Below, in pieces: positions 13,201 to 26,560 of a DNA stretch of 64,000 nt. The DNA is from Azolla caroliniana (Eukaryota > Plantae > Polypodiophyta). The DNA is taken from assembly GCA_043228905.1 (NCBI GenBank), contig JBHGNT010000013.1:17732001-17796000 (forward strand), written 5' to 3'. Every line of letters starts with the position of its first letter. The stretch's first letter is position 1. The translations under genes were made by a program, and so were the position numbers. Below the pieces are notes generated by a model. The model saw only the letters and a program-made list of their open reading frames with translations, was not told the DNA's origin and did not search any database.

Positions 13201-13551
13201 AAACTATTAGATACTCTAGATATAAAGAAATTAGGCAAATACATTCTAGAGCTAAAACAACACAGAGAGAATAAGTTACAAAATGTTGACAATAATGTTG
13301 CTAATGATCATGAACATGTAGCAAATGAAGTTTTTCAGGAACAGGGGGAGACAACGAATGTCGACACACTTGCACCACTCGGCCTTTCCATTGATGAGGC
13401 AGAAAACCAGAGAAGAACCAGACGTCCTCGGGTGCCGGGTTTCAAAGCAACTCGACGTGATGTGGAAGCAATATTGAAAATAAGGGATCGTGAGCTACAC
13501 CGCCTAGAAGCCATGGCTAGGGCACTCTCCACCCACATCAAGACCCTTTGA
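10276..13551 (+). pseudogene. LINE ORF2 (APE endonuclease + reverse transcriptase + CCHC), disrupted by a frameshift near 12740 and a deletion near 13025
   Basis: WNCNG, LVETH, VGDFNART, VDY and ADH (APE); VDFRKAFD, GVKQGCPLSP and LYADD (RT). Coding continues in shifted frames to TGA at 13549-13551. Confidence 0.9.
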
Positions 13552-14432
13552 CCCCCCACTTCTTTTCGAGAGGCTTGGGTGGAAATAAAATTAGGCTTAG
13601 TGTATAGTCACTTTCGAGTATACTACGTATTGTACACTACTAGAACTCTTTTAATTTAAGTTCTATTTTTTACTTAATTTTATTTTAGTTATGATGACTG
13701 GATAAATACTCTTTTGTTGTAAACCAATTGTCTCATGGGCCAAATTTGGCCTTAGAAGACGTTAATGTATCTTTCTTTCTTTCTTTCTTTCTTTCTCCCA
13801 AGACAAGTATAAGAAAGCACAAAATCACAAGACTCTCACTATTTATCTTTCAACCATACAACAACAAGCAATCATGAATATGTAAATAGCAAGGAAGTAA
13901 GAAGAAGCTATATGAAAGCAATGATTCTTGAAGAAAAGGTAGCCTATCCACACATGTGCCCCCAAGACTACACGAAATACCTATTGAATAGGGTAATGAC
14001 TTTTAGAGGTAAAGGCTAGAACCAACCAACTTGATCGATATGGTTTGCTTGTGATAAGATAGCATGACAATGTTGCAACTTACACCATAAATATACTCTA
14101 AAATTAAATTTGTGGGATTATTAAATTATATCTTCATAAACACATTCCACTTGTGTTCACTTCCATGGATCCATTTGGTATATGAAATTATCAAAAGTAT
14201 TTCTATGCTAAATCTCTTTGTCACAACCTTACCCTAGTGGCGAGTTGTTTACACTACTAGCACTACGTCTTGGGTGCACGATGTCTTGGGTTCAAAACCA
14301 ATTATCTCAACTCTCTATTACTTCATATATATCCTCTTAATTTACTAGATGACATTATGTCTTGGGTTCGAAACCAATTTTCTCACCTCTTTATTACTTC
14401 ATACATATTCTCTTAGTTTATCGGATGACAAT

Positions 14433-14505
14433 GTGGAAAGTAGGGGTTGAACCTATTGACCTCCTTGTCTGCATTGGGCAACCTTACCAACTGAGCTACA
14501 TCCAT
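14433..14505 (-). pseudogene. tRNA-like sequence (degenerate tRNA pseudogene or SINE head, TGC near the anticodon position)
   Basis: Minus strand ATGGATG TAGCTCAGTTGG (A box) ... TAGGTTCAACCCCTA (T-arm/B box) ... TTTCCAC; the acceptor and anticodon stems pair only partially. Confidence 0.5.
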
Positions 14506-15856
14506 CAAGGCTCTCTCCCTCTCTCTCTCTTTCTCTCTCTCTCACACACAAAACAATTTTAAGTTGTCCACTTTAGATCAAATCATGAAGATACTATACG
14601 TAATCATATTGCAAACTCTTATACGCTATATCACTATCTCACTCATTTTATTACCGAATGGATGGAGTGCATGGTTGTCTTGCACTTGTTCTTGATGGCC
14701 TTCTTTATTTTAATGTTTACGAGTTGAATTAGGACTTCACATGCAACACATGATTATGTTGGACAAGGATCCTTTAAATGTGTCAATCTTATTGCCATAG
14801 TCAAGTAAAAGGCTTGCAATATTTACCTTAGCCTAAAAGTATGGAGAAAGTAACTCCAATTTTAATGTTATTGGTGCTAATAATATGTAAAAGGGGACCA
14901 TTGATCAATTAAGTGTTTAATAATCATCATGCCATTGGTTTACATATAGTTTCAAACAAGTTTTATTGGTTGTCCTAAATAATTAGAAATGAATGTACAT
15001 GTGTTATATCTTTAGAAAAGACTTTGCTTATTGCTACACTAGATAATTTGTATGGTACCCCACTTGAAATTTGGATACTAAATACTCAATCCAAATCATA
15101 GTGATGCTCACGCATGACTTCCACTCTCTATTCCTAGCACTCTTAAATCTACTAATGTGAGGAGTGAGACCATTTCTTAGGAAACCTTGATCCATAAATA
15201 GTATCATAATTATATACTATTATATGTTTAAGTATGGATTGAAAAGAACTATAGATTATGTAGCTTTTGTTGAGCTGCATATATAATAAAATGTTCATTC
15301 AAACAAGTGTTTTTCTCATTACCAACCTATTGATATTTCATTGAACTTGTCAAAGTTGTTTCCCTTTGCATATGGAACATGCACTTTGGCTATTATCATG
15401 GTATTAACAAACTATATATCAAATTTTTTACTAGATTATTGATATTTCATTGAAAGTTGTGGTATTAAATTATGTGTCAATGGTTGTTTCTCGTGCATAT
15501 GGAACATGCACTTTGACTATCATCGGCATATCAACTAACTACAATAATGATATATCTCCTTGACCTTTGGTCTAATACTTTTATGCCTTGTGATTCTTCT
15601 AGGATATCTTCTTATCTCCTTTTTTTTTTAAATCTACAATAGTGATGTGATGCATTGCTAAAGAATAAGATTTATGTTTAAACATACCCATGTAGTGTGT
15701 TTTTATCTTTGTATGTTTATGCTAAGCAGACATTGATATGCATCTCTCTCTCTCTCTCTAGCCAAGTGGTTGTAACGAAGTAGTCATTGGTTCAAACCTT
15801 GTTATGGACAATTAATACAAGACTTTACAAGTCACTACTCATTTTCACGTACTAAA

Positions 15857-16225
15857 TGAAAATGTTATATTTTTTGTCTCATACATAGATCGTATTTTAC
15901 CTTTGAAGATGATAATAAAATCTATCTATCTCTTAGTCTAAATTTCTTGATTTTTGGTATCGATGTCCCACCCTATAATCCATACCCTCTCCATAGTTTC
16001 CATGCTTTCTAAAATCCCCATTCCTTTCCATTCGTATGTAATGTCCCACCTTATCTGAAAATGTTATATTTTTTGTCTCATAGATCATAATTGACCTTTG
16101 AAGGTGATAATAAAATCTATCAATCTATCTCTCAATCTCAATTTCTTGATTTTTTTCTATCAATGTCCCACCTTATAATCCATACCTCTCCATAGTTTCC
16201 TTGCTTTTTCAAATCCCCATTCCCA
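15857..16225. repeat. ~200 bp tandem duplication
   Basis: TGAAAATGTTATATTTTTTGTCTCATA...AATCCCCATTCC occurs at about 15857 and 16057. Confidence 0.8.
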
Positions 16226-17046
16226 TTAACAAGAAGACTATACACAACTAAGCAAGCAAAAGTGATCTTTTTGTTTGGTCATGTATTTTAACAAGTGCAA
16301 GACACCAAATTTATAGATATTGTATGAGGTATATGCAACACACTATTTATCATAAAAACAATTTGTAAATATCTATCCCCATAGAGAAGGTTCATTGTAC
16401 CTATAGTAAATGTTGAATATCATCAATAATCCCTAGTATGAAAACTCTAATGAAACTTCATACCCAAAAGGAGCATTCTGATATTAAGTTTCATGTCATT
16501 TTAGGCATTCTAAAGTACCCTCTTCCACTTGTAACTCCACACTGCTGGATCTACTACTATAGCATATAGCAAAATTATATCAACTCTTTCCTACTGTAGT
16601 CATGAATCCTACAAATTACCATCATTAGCTTCTCATTGATGAATGCAACACATTATTGATGTTTATCAAAACTAGTGAGGCCAAATGGAAGATTTCATGG
16701 AATCAAAGGAGAAGTAGTTAACCCTTATAAACACAGATTTCCTATTTTAAAATCAAATAGAAGAATACATACATCCCACCATCATTAGTGTCTCCTGAAA
16801 AATAAAAAGATGGCAACTTTACATTACATTTTTTTTCTTCTTAAATCAGAAAAAATAACTATTTGCATTCTGCTACGAAATTGGATGTCCTAATTGCCTT
16901 ACAATGATGCTGCACATCATCATCATGTAGAAAGAGAAAAAAAAAACTTGATATATCCATTATAAATAAATAAATAATAAATAAAAAAGGAACTAGAAAA
17001 ATATTTTAATAGTCCTATGTTTTTTGGCCGATAGAAGAGGGATTTT

Positions 17047-19862
17047 TCACTGTGTCTTTGGTTTCACAACTTTCTTCTTTATCCTCTTGGCTGCAAAATT
17101 ATTCATGCCCAGGAAGAAGAGAAGGGCTCCAAAGAGAGAGAGGTTCTGCAAGCCGAGAAGAAAAGCACAAATAAGTAACCATGTCAAAGGCTTTCTTACA
17201 ATCTTCCAATAATAATAAAAAACCTAAGAAAAACCACAAACCCTTACAGAAAAATTAACATAGACAACAAAAAAAAATTAACCCTAGAAAGTCTTCAAAA
17301 TACAATAATTGAAGCTTAAATCCAACATATGAAACATAACCCTAAATCTCAAAAAAGAAAAGAGCTTCAACTCAACGTACAAACAATAACCTAAACCTAA
17401 AAAGGATGAACAAAATACTTGAACTCTTCAAACAAAAACAAATATAAAAACTCATAGATAACAATTTTAAAACGTAACCCCATATCCAAATTTCTTGAAA
17501 CCCTACAGTCTTAAAGCCAATCCGTATGAACTATAGAATAAATCTGTCAATTACCCTGTTACCCTACACATAAAAATGCAATCCTTCAGCTCAGCATAAA
17601 CAAATATGACCCTTAACTTATTCTTGAACTCATTAAGAAAAAAAACATTACCCTAAACATGAAATTCTTAAAACAATAGTCCCTACTATCTTTTCTAACA
17701 TTGGAAACACACAACCATAAACACTTAAAAAAGACAATCCTTCAACTTAATATAGACTTAGGATAACGTATAACTCCGAAGAATACCTGTAAACTCAATA
17801 CAAGAAAGGATAGCTCTATTACCCTAAACTCATCAAATAGAATATATGAACCCAACATAAAAACATAGGCAATCAACAGATGACATTTTCTTCTTCATAT
17901 GTACCTTTAAAAATTGGATAAATTCCCCAGCATACCGTGCACTTGATGGCTCATAATTGTAGAAATCGTGCATTATAGGAGTGACAACCACGAGGAATAT
18001 CAGCTATAAAAGAATCAAAATATGAGCAAGCAAAAAACTGTATAAATGATTAGAGACCTAAAAATGATGAAAAAGGTAAATTGAATATATGTGTTTTGAT
18101 ACCCCAAAAAAAAATTTGATAGAAAGCTATGTTAATTTGGAGATGCTGAAAAGATAGAAATGGGTAGATTTGATATTTTGTTAAAAAGAATTTTATGTCC
18201 TAAATTTTGCATTTCACCTATGAAGTACCCAAAAAACATTTCAGAAAATGATACCAATAGATAAGCTCCAACACTGGTTCCCAATGTGAAAAGGATTGCG
18301 CCAAGGCCTTCAAAAGCTATTGCTGCCATAAGTATGTATTTGAGCTACATGTATTCAAATTTTCAGTAAAAGTTAACAATGTGGATCATATAATACGAAT
18401 AACAATTAATCTACATTCATCATCATAAAGCAAGTATCAATCTGCTATCACCTTACTAATAACAAGGTGTATCACACTAAGAATAATCAAATATTGACAT
18501 GGTATATCATTACCAGTAACAATCATTATCACAACAAGAGCAAGGGGAATCATGATACTGGCAATCATCAATCCACAATCATCTTACAGATAATATGGAA
18601 TACCACAGCCAGAACAATCATAGTAATAACATGGTATGTCATTATAAGCAACGATCATCAATCCACAATCATCATGATAGTTGGTCACATTATAGCAAAT
18701 CATGATAAGAACAATCATCGATCCATGATGGTCATAATAAGAAGTTAGAACATAGAATATGACAATTTAAGAACAACAATCAATCAACAGTAATGGGAAA
18801 ATCACAATAAGATAAACCATGATAAGACCAAGATGGCAATAATTCTTTCTGTTTACCTCGATCTCTGGCACTGAAATGCCAAATGAGGTGGCATGATTCC
18901 TCAGTACATCAAATTTTGGCTCCATTGCCTTCAAAGCACTTCCTCCATCTTGCCCAAAATCATTGATTCTGCCAAGAATAATTTACATTTATATCTCTGG
19001 ATTAATTGATGAATATAGTGCCAAATAGAATTTTAAAGAAAGATAATATTCTGCTTGACATGATTTATCATTTATGTTTATTTTCACATCTAGTTTCCAA
19101 AATAAGAGAAAATATTAACAATTACAATAACAAACATAGCAACTATTACGTTTACTGTCTCCACATCAATCAGCTAATATCATTTCTGCTTCACAAAGAT
19201 GCCAACATATCTAATGGGGAAGGATTTTACAATCATCGGGGGATCGCATTTAATGTCCATGATTAGCAGGAATTGAAGGTCTTTTTGCATCTAATTTCCA
19301 TACAAAGGTAGAAAACAATTGCAGATAGTAGAAAAAACAATACATTAAGAATGAAACAAGATTTGAGATATCTAGATAAAATAAGCACAGAAAAGAGGCA
19401 AAAACAAATACAGAAAAATTATGAGATTTTAATAAATATAGAAAAAATTGGAAGAGAATACATGAAAACAGATAGAAGGCTATATCTACCTTGCAAAAAA
19501 CAAATTGACACATATAGGGAGTTATATAACTGCCAATAAATAAGTGGAAAAAATATGAAAACATAGACAAAGAAGTGCATACAAAAAATGAAGCTAGCTA
19601 AAATAAACTCAGATAAATTAAGCTGGCATAACGAATTATATAAAAAGGATAGAGGAAAATGCACAGTAGAAATATCACAAGTGGAAAGAAAAGAAATTTG
19701 ACCAATTTAAATGCGCAAAGAAAGACAGAGGAAAAGAAAAAATTAATAAGTAAATTTAGTGGAAGGAAGAGAGACAGAGTGAGGTTTTACTTACTTCTGC
19801 CAAGCCGAAAGGATGAAAATTGCAGAGAAAAGAACACGACCCACGAAGGATAAGAAACCCAT
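17047..19862 (-). CDS. HR-like lesion-inducing protein family (membrane protein), 155 aa; complement(join(17047..17145,17905..18003,18255..18344,18857..18968,19795..19862))
   Basis: Spliced translation MGFLSFVGRVLFSAIFILSAWQK-INDFGQDGGSALKAMEPKF...-LKYILMAAIAFEGLGAILFTLGTSVGAYLL-LIFLVVVTPIMHDFYNYE...FIQFLK-NLSLFGALLFFLGMNNF..KKKVVKPKTQ*. All four introns are GT-AG with matching phases; total 468 nt. Confidence 0.92.
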
Positions 19863-19872
19863 GATGGCAGCA

Positions 19873-20140
19873 GAGAGCTACCCACAACTGCTAACTCTAA
19901 ACCCTAGCTCTAGTTCTCAGATCTAGCTTCTACAGAGAGCTACGGATAAACCCTAACCGTACTTCTCGGAATTGACTTGTATGGAGAGCTGCCCACAAAC
20001 TCAAGTTCACGCCTTAATATTCAGATCTGACCTCTATGTAGAGCTGCCCACAAAACCTAACCTTGATTTGCAGATCTGAAAACTATGGAGAGCTACCCAC
20101 AAACCCAAACTCGCACTGACCCTAATCCTCAGATCTGGTT
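19873..20140. repeat. Five degenerate ~50-60 bp tandem units (GAGAGCTRCCCACAA...AACCCTA...CAGATCT) just upstream of the HR-lesion gene ATG
   Basis: AGAGCTRC recurs at about 19875, 19935, 19985, 20040 and 20088. Confidence 0.75.
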
Positions 20141-20516
20141 TCTAAAGTAGAAGAAGAAGATGGAGAAGAAAGTAAGTCTTTCTTCAAGTCTTTCAAAATC
20201 CTCTCTCTGTATTTGTGGAGAACTTCTTCTGTATTTCTTTATTTCCTCTTCCTCTTCTTCTTCAAACAAGAAGAAAAACCAGCAGAAGAGTCTTCAAATT
20301 TTCAAATTTGAGATCTTAAGAAAGAGGAGTGCAAAAATGTGATTTGCATTCAAAACAAACACACAAAATGCAAACAAACAAACAAACAAAAAAGCCTTTG
20401 CACTTTTAATCTTTAACATACTCTCATACACACATTCCCTCTCAACGACGCGAAGAGAATGAAACCCCCATATCTTTCCGAGAGACCTAATGAAGGCTAT
20501 GTTGCGGAAAACCCCC

Positions 20517-20832
20517 TGAAGAGAACTTCTAAGTTCTCACCAAACTCTAACAAACGAAAAAATAAAACTTTTCGGACATTCAATGGAATCCGCTTTGAGT
20601 TTCCGAAACTTCCCTGAGTACTCCATTGTATTGTAGTAGTAAATTTGGTACCACCAAGGAATCGATTGGGAACCCTGTGAAGAGAACTTCTAAGTTCTCA
20701 CAAAACTCTAACAAACGAAAAAAGAAAACTTTTCGGACATTCAATGGAATGCGCTTTGAGTTTCTGAAACTTCCCTAAGTACTCCATTGTATTGTAGTAG
20801 TAAATTTGGTACCACCAAGGAATCAATTGGGA
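20517..20832. repeat. ~160 bp near-perfect tandem duplication
   Basis: TGAAGAGAACTTCTAAGTTCTCAC...CCACCAAGGAATCRATTGGGAA occurs twice. Confidence 0.9.
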
Positions 20833-23800
20833 AAACATGGGATTGTTGTGGTGGTATATCCAGATCCACCTAAGGTTTTCAAAGCTTATTGAAGTATCCC
20901 CTTCGTAATAGTACATTTTTGTATTGCGGACAGATTATAGTTATTAGATTGTGTCTTATAGTTATTAGAAAACACTTGGGTATTCTCTCATATATTTCCA
21001 AGTATGTTAGGAGTATTCTAGTGTTTTTCACAATTGGCAACTCTTTGGAAATCTTTCCAGCCTCAAGACAGCATTGAAAATCTTTTGATCACAAGGACTA
21101 TGAAAAATGTTTCTAAATCTTATGTAGAGCATAAGGATATGGTGGCTCGGGTTATGTGGTCATCGGTTTTTTGACTAACCACAAATTTTGTTTGAATTGT
21201 TGAGTATGGATTGAGTTGTTGAAACCAAGTTTAAAAATATCATTGTTTTGTGGAATAAGAGAATGTTGAGAATTGGAGGCAATGGATTGTACAGTTTTGG
21301 ATCATTGTTAGGGTTGTTTGAAATTTGTTTGATCAAAGAAGAAAATGCAAGCAAATCAAGGGTTGCATTAGGAAAGATCCCAATCCCATGATATCATTTC
21401 TTTATGTTGATTCCTACCTCACGGTTCATTCATAGCTTCTATGTTTACAAATTCTTTGTGTTGATCCATCTCACTCAACTTTTATTAGTCATGATTGGTG
21501 TAGTGAGTTCGAGGGCTTGCATTGCGAATTAGAAACGCCCGCACCGCAAGCAACACTAATGGGTTACCCTACAACCCAAATAAATATCTGTCAAAGGGTT
21601 TGGTACATGAAAAAGAGTTATGACTTGCTTTTATTCCTATGATGAATGCTTAAAACATTCTGATGATGTATAAAAACTTCATCAAACTAGAAAGATTTCA
21701 CTGAATAATTCTCATGTGTTCGAGCCAACAATCCAACAATTTGTTGTCCCTTCATCAAACATCAAATATATTTTTATTAGCTTTATAACATTTTGGATTA
21801 ATTTGGTACTTTCACATATGTTTTTTGGATTCATATGTATGTCATTATTGCAACGACATATTTGATAGAATAGCATCCAACTCATTCATTCAAATATAAT
21901 GAATACACTTCTTACCACTCTTATAATTTTACTTCAGCTTTTATTTGAAAAGTGGGAAACACTTCTTGCCTTATTCAAAACTTGTAAATGTTTAATGGAT
22001 GTTTGTTATGTAGGAATGTCTATTTGAAAGACGAAACTTCATTGAAGGCAGTGGTCCTTGCAAAATATTAATGCTTTCAAGTACAAGATAGATCATGATT
22101 TCAAAGAAAGAGTTATAAAAAAATACCATTTACTTCGTTCGTCACTAATTAAAAAGGAACCTTGTATTTTCGTTGGATTAATTAACTCACAAGATTATCA
22201 AGTAGTATTATAATCATGTTTTCTATTAGCTTGAAATATTATGGACATTGATGTACAAAACCCAAATGATTGTTGTCCAATAAGTTGTACATTGTGTTAG
22301 AACAAAGTTAAAACCTTTAGGCCGATTATGATGCATCAACTCCATATATTGTCGTCGATTTTGGTGTAGAATGGCGTTGTCTTACCATGGCATTACCTTG
22401 GATCCTCAAATTAGAGATTTGTCGAGTATGAGTATGTGAAGGGGAGCACTTGTATTCAAATGGGTTTAGTGGTTAGCTCCTCTCCACTTTGAGGAGGTGA
22501 TTGGGTTTAAAGTCTTTTGCATCTTGTTTGTGTCTCATCCTAGGCAAAAGCATTTCAAATGTTTTGCTAATGACTAAAATTGATGAAACACACAATCCAT
22601 ATTATTATATGTACATACATATTAATGTTAAATAATTGATTTCAAAGCCCACACTTAAATTCTCATTGTGTTAAAGAAAAGTTCAATAGGTTGAACTATG
22701 TGAACATAAAGGCATGCCAAGTTTAAAACAACTAGCAATACATATTGTACGATTGAGTAGCTAGATCCTGAATATAGTCCCAAATTTGTTGCAAAATAAT
22801 GAATATGCAATTCAAACCATTATAAAGATCTCATTGAACCCCTCCAGATATAGGACACTTCAAAATTATTTATGATATCTCTTTTCGGTGGATCGTGGAC
22901 ATGACTTGTTGTGTACAATAGCCTTGCACTAGCCTTACAAATTACAATGATGTACTTCAAGTTGGAAAGTGATGGGTTCATACTAGGTGTATTAGGATTA
23001 GAACCATTCCGATTTGAATTATTAATGACAGAAATACAATATAACCAAAGGAAAACAAAAATGGTGTTTGCTACAAATATATGATATTGCATTCAATGAT
23101 TCGATCAAATATTAAATCAAGAGGCCTCTTTGTACATATTCTTGTAAATAAAAGTGTAAGATCATCAATACTCGCATACAAGAATTTGATGCTCCAACAA
23201 CAACTAGTAGTTTAATGTCATATTGTTAATTTGTGCTCCACTTGCATTTGGTGGATTTCCTATGTTAAATGTAAGTGTAACTCTTACTAACTTATGTAGC
23301 TCAATTGTCATGGGAGTTTCACATCAAGGGCACATGCAAGCCATATCCCACTACATAGTGCATTATATATATTTGCATGTTTACAAGTTCTAATATTCAT
23401 TACATGTATTCTCTTTTGCTCTAGTACTTGTAGAGCCCACACACCTCAACTATGATTCCCATATTACTCAAAAAGCAAATCATCCAAATGTGGCTGGAGA
23501 TATAACTTGTGAGAGGTTAAACAACCAAACATGAAATAGTTAAGGTTGCTTCATTGAACTCATGAGACTATTGAGGATGAGCTAATGCATGACATGAATG
23601 CATCACATTCATACATCATTGTTCAAACAACTAGGTTATCATGTTAAAATTGTTACAATTGAAATATATGGCCATGAAGTTAATGGTAGAACTTGCCTTT
23701 TGCAACGTCATGTTGAGTGGGTACTAATATCAGGGGTCAATTCTTGCATTCGGTTTGACGTTGTCTCATTTTTCATTGCACAATTTAGTTTGAGTTTACT

Positions 23801-24527
23801 TACATGCGTCATTTGCTCCTAAACAAATCATTTTTCAATTTGACATTGTCATGCTATTCCACAAAATAAAGAGTGAAAAAGAGAACACTGTACTTTAAAA
23901 GTGAACGTTAAAAAATAAAGCATGTGATAGAGAGAATAATTCAATTTGAATCAAATTATAGGTTGTGGCACACATAGTTAAGATATATTCTATACTCTAC
24001 ATTTCTCATTTAATATGGGGCCAAAATCCATTTGTGTGGGTCTTATGTTGTGTTTGTTGGATGTGGTAGAATTAATAACAATGGTTTATACACTACAGTG
24101 TCATGTAATAATGCCATTTATCCTTCTTGCATACACAACTTAGACACTAATGAACTGAAGATAAAAGGTATATAATTTTTAGTGATTTTGATTCCGAGGA
24201 ATATAAAACGTTTCTTGGGTATAGGTGTTAGGCTTCAGCTTTAGTGTCATCCTTCGTGTTGGATGTCGGGCAATAAGATGTTTGATTGAACTAGTCAAGA
24301 CCTCGAGAACCTACATCTTGATTATAGAAAAGAAAATACACAATGAAACAATCATTACAATGACAACACACAAACATATATTATAGGCAACATAGCAAAA
24401 CAACAACATGACACTAAAACATATACTATAAGCAACATAGATTTTTTTTTAAAATTCCAAAATAAAACACTACATTAGTATTAGAAAACGTTGTAAGGCT
24501 AAACATACAAGATATACTATAGATCCC

Positions 24528-26560
24528 CTTTTTTTTCTAAATTCTAACCATCGGCTTCAATAAATACTTTGGTGCAGAGTAAAACTACTCCACCTTATGA
24601 GTGAGCCATCTATAAAATATGCCTATGTCTCAAATGGCATGAAACTCCAATCGCTTAACCTCCGCTTGTTGCGTATTACCTTTTATACTATCCAACAACC
24701 CTATGAGATTATGCACAATCTCTATCCAAATCAAAGAAATGATTTGGGTTGGTCTTTTAGTCACATTTTGAAATACCTTCAAGCATCAAGCCTTCCAAAT
24801 ATACCAAATTGTAATACCTACCAATTGTCATATTTGAGATTTATTAGTCTCTATTTGTGGATTCACAGATGTAAATTTTTTTATTATCAAACCATTTCTC
24901 ATCACAATAGCATATGCAACCTCCTCTTGTTCATATTCCATAGGTTTATCTTGTACCACCGCCCATAATACCACTCCCAATGTATACTCAGCTTGAGGAC
25001 ATACTGGTATTAATAATGTTATCATTCGTTTCCATATGTCCTTAGCAAAACCACAACTCCATTTTTGGAAAAAAAAAACACAACTCCACAAACAATGCTT
25101 AGCAATCTCTACTAGATTCGAACAAAACGGGGACATCTTGTCTACATTCCCTTTTCACCACCCATTCATTGGTATAGCTTTATGAACCAACAACCAACAG
25201 AAACAAACAATTTTTCTACTCATTTTTATACCCCACAACCATTTCCAAAATTGTTTGAGATGTTGTGGAGAAAGTCCATTCCGTCTCCAAAATACATTTG
25301 CAATTGGTTCTTTCCATGATCTAGCACCTAATATTTTCCTACCAATCTTCACAAAATATTGAAAAAAAGGCACATATTTTATATGATCTTGAACCCACAC
25401 CTTCCAATACAGTTCTCTAAGATCCCAAGATAATCTAGGCATTGGTCTCCTTTCCATAATCCAAATCCTCCAAAAAGAATTCACATTTTGTGGATCCGGA
25501 TCTAAGACCCAATTTGATCCATCATTTGCAATCACCCTCACTTCTTCATGTGAACAAAAACAAAAACAAAATAGTTTCCTTAGGAGTGAAGGTTAACCTA
25601 CCATCATCCTATACATAAAAAATCATACACTCTTGTTCCCCAATATAGGCTTTTACTCCAATCAAAACATCCAATGGAGTAAATAAACCACTTCTGTGTG
25701 GTAGATCCAATTTGCAATTGAATATTAGAAAGGACATTTTGTATTGCAAAATACATTATCTTTCTGCCCCTTATATTACTAAACAGTAGTCTTCGTTGGT
25801 CTATAGGTTTAGACAGAAATGTTGTCCACGCACCTATAGACTGTGCTGGTCCACGATCTAATTCTGCCCATGCACATCTAGTACACCTTCCCAACATCAA
25901 TCCTCTCTAGTTAGTCAACCATGAATTCCAAATCAGGGGTTGTCTACAAAATTCAAATTCTGTTTTCGGCAATCTCTTAATGAAATCAAGAGAAACATCT
26001 TTCCATGCATTAAGAATAGATCAAGCAATTCTGTCTCTCCCAGTTTGTGGAATATAACCAATTTGTTATGTTTCATAAAAGTTCATCTAAAACTAGGCCT
26101 CCAATCCCCACCAGTTTTGGGACAAAACTTTTGGAAATCGTATAACAACAATTGTTTCCAAGGTTCTGATCCTGGTAACAATCCCCGAATCACCAATTTT
26201 GCAAGCAAAGCTTTGGACTTCTGTAATGGATCTACAATCCCTAATCCTCCATGATCCAATGGCTTAACAATCGTGGACCAAGAGACCTTTTCCCTAGCAT
26301 GACTTCCATCATTACTAGACCCCAAATAATTCCAGATCAATCTTTGTAACTGTCTCATACATGATCTAGAAAAACTCCAACATGACATAATATACCATAG
26401 GCTAGACAACAAACCTTGATTAACTACTATCACATAACCTGCAAATGATAGTTTAGCTTTACTCCAAAACAACAATTTTTTCCTAATTTTCAATAGCAAA
26501 GAAGCAACCTAAATTTCTGAAGAAATTTTCAAGCCGACTTGGCATCCCAAATATCTAAGG
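24528..26560 (-). mobile_element. 5'-truncated L1-type LINE, degenerate
   Basis: RYLGCQVG, KLSFAG, KVSWSTIVKPLDHGGLGIVDP, WLLVHKAIP and CPFC..EIAKHCLWSC motifs; poly-T at about 24528. Confidence 0.85.

Larger units (their letters stand above)
9085..13796 (+). mobile_element. Near full-length non-LTR retrotransposon, RTE-X-like (ORF1 + APE-RT ORF2) with (CTTT)n tail
   Basis: GTC/GCC-rich 5'UTR, ORF1, APE endonuclease, RT, C-terminal SHQLEIENGR..PREERICRLC..EDEYHF..CP, and a microsatellite 3' tail at 13771-13796 instead of poly(A). The 5' boundary is approximate. Confidence 0.9.

Noticed and set aside
19873-20140. Repeat-spacer-like pattern reminiscent of a CRISPR array
   Set aside because: Eukaryotic context, degenerate units, spacers related to each other, and no cas genes.
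21500-23900. Possible decayed transposase sequence
   Set aside because: No diagnostic motif could be read.
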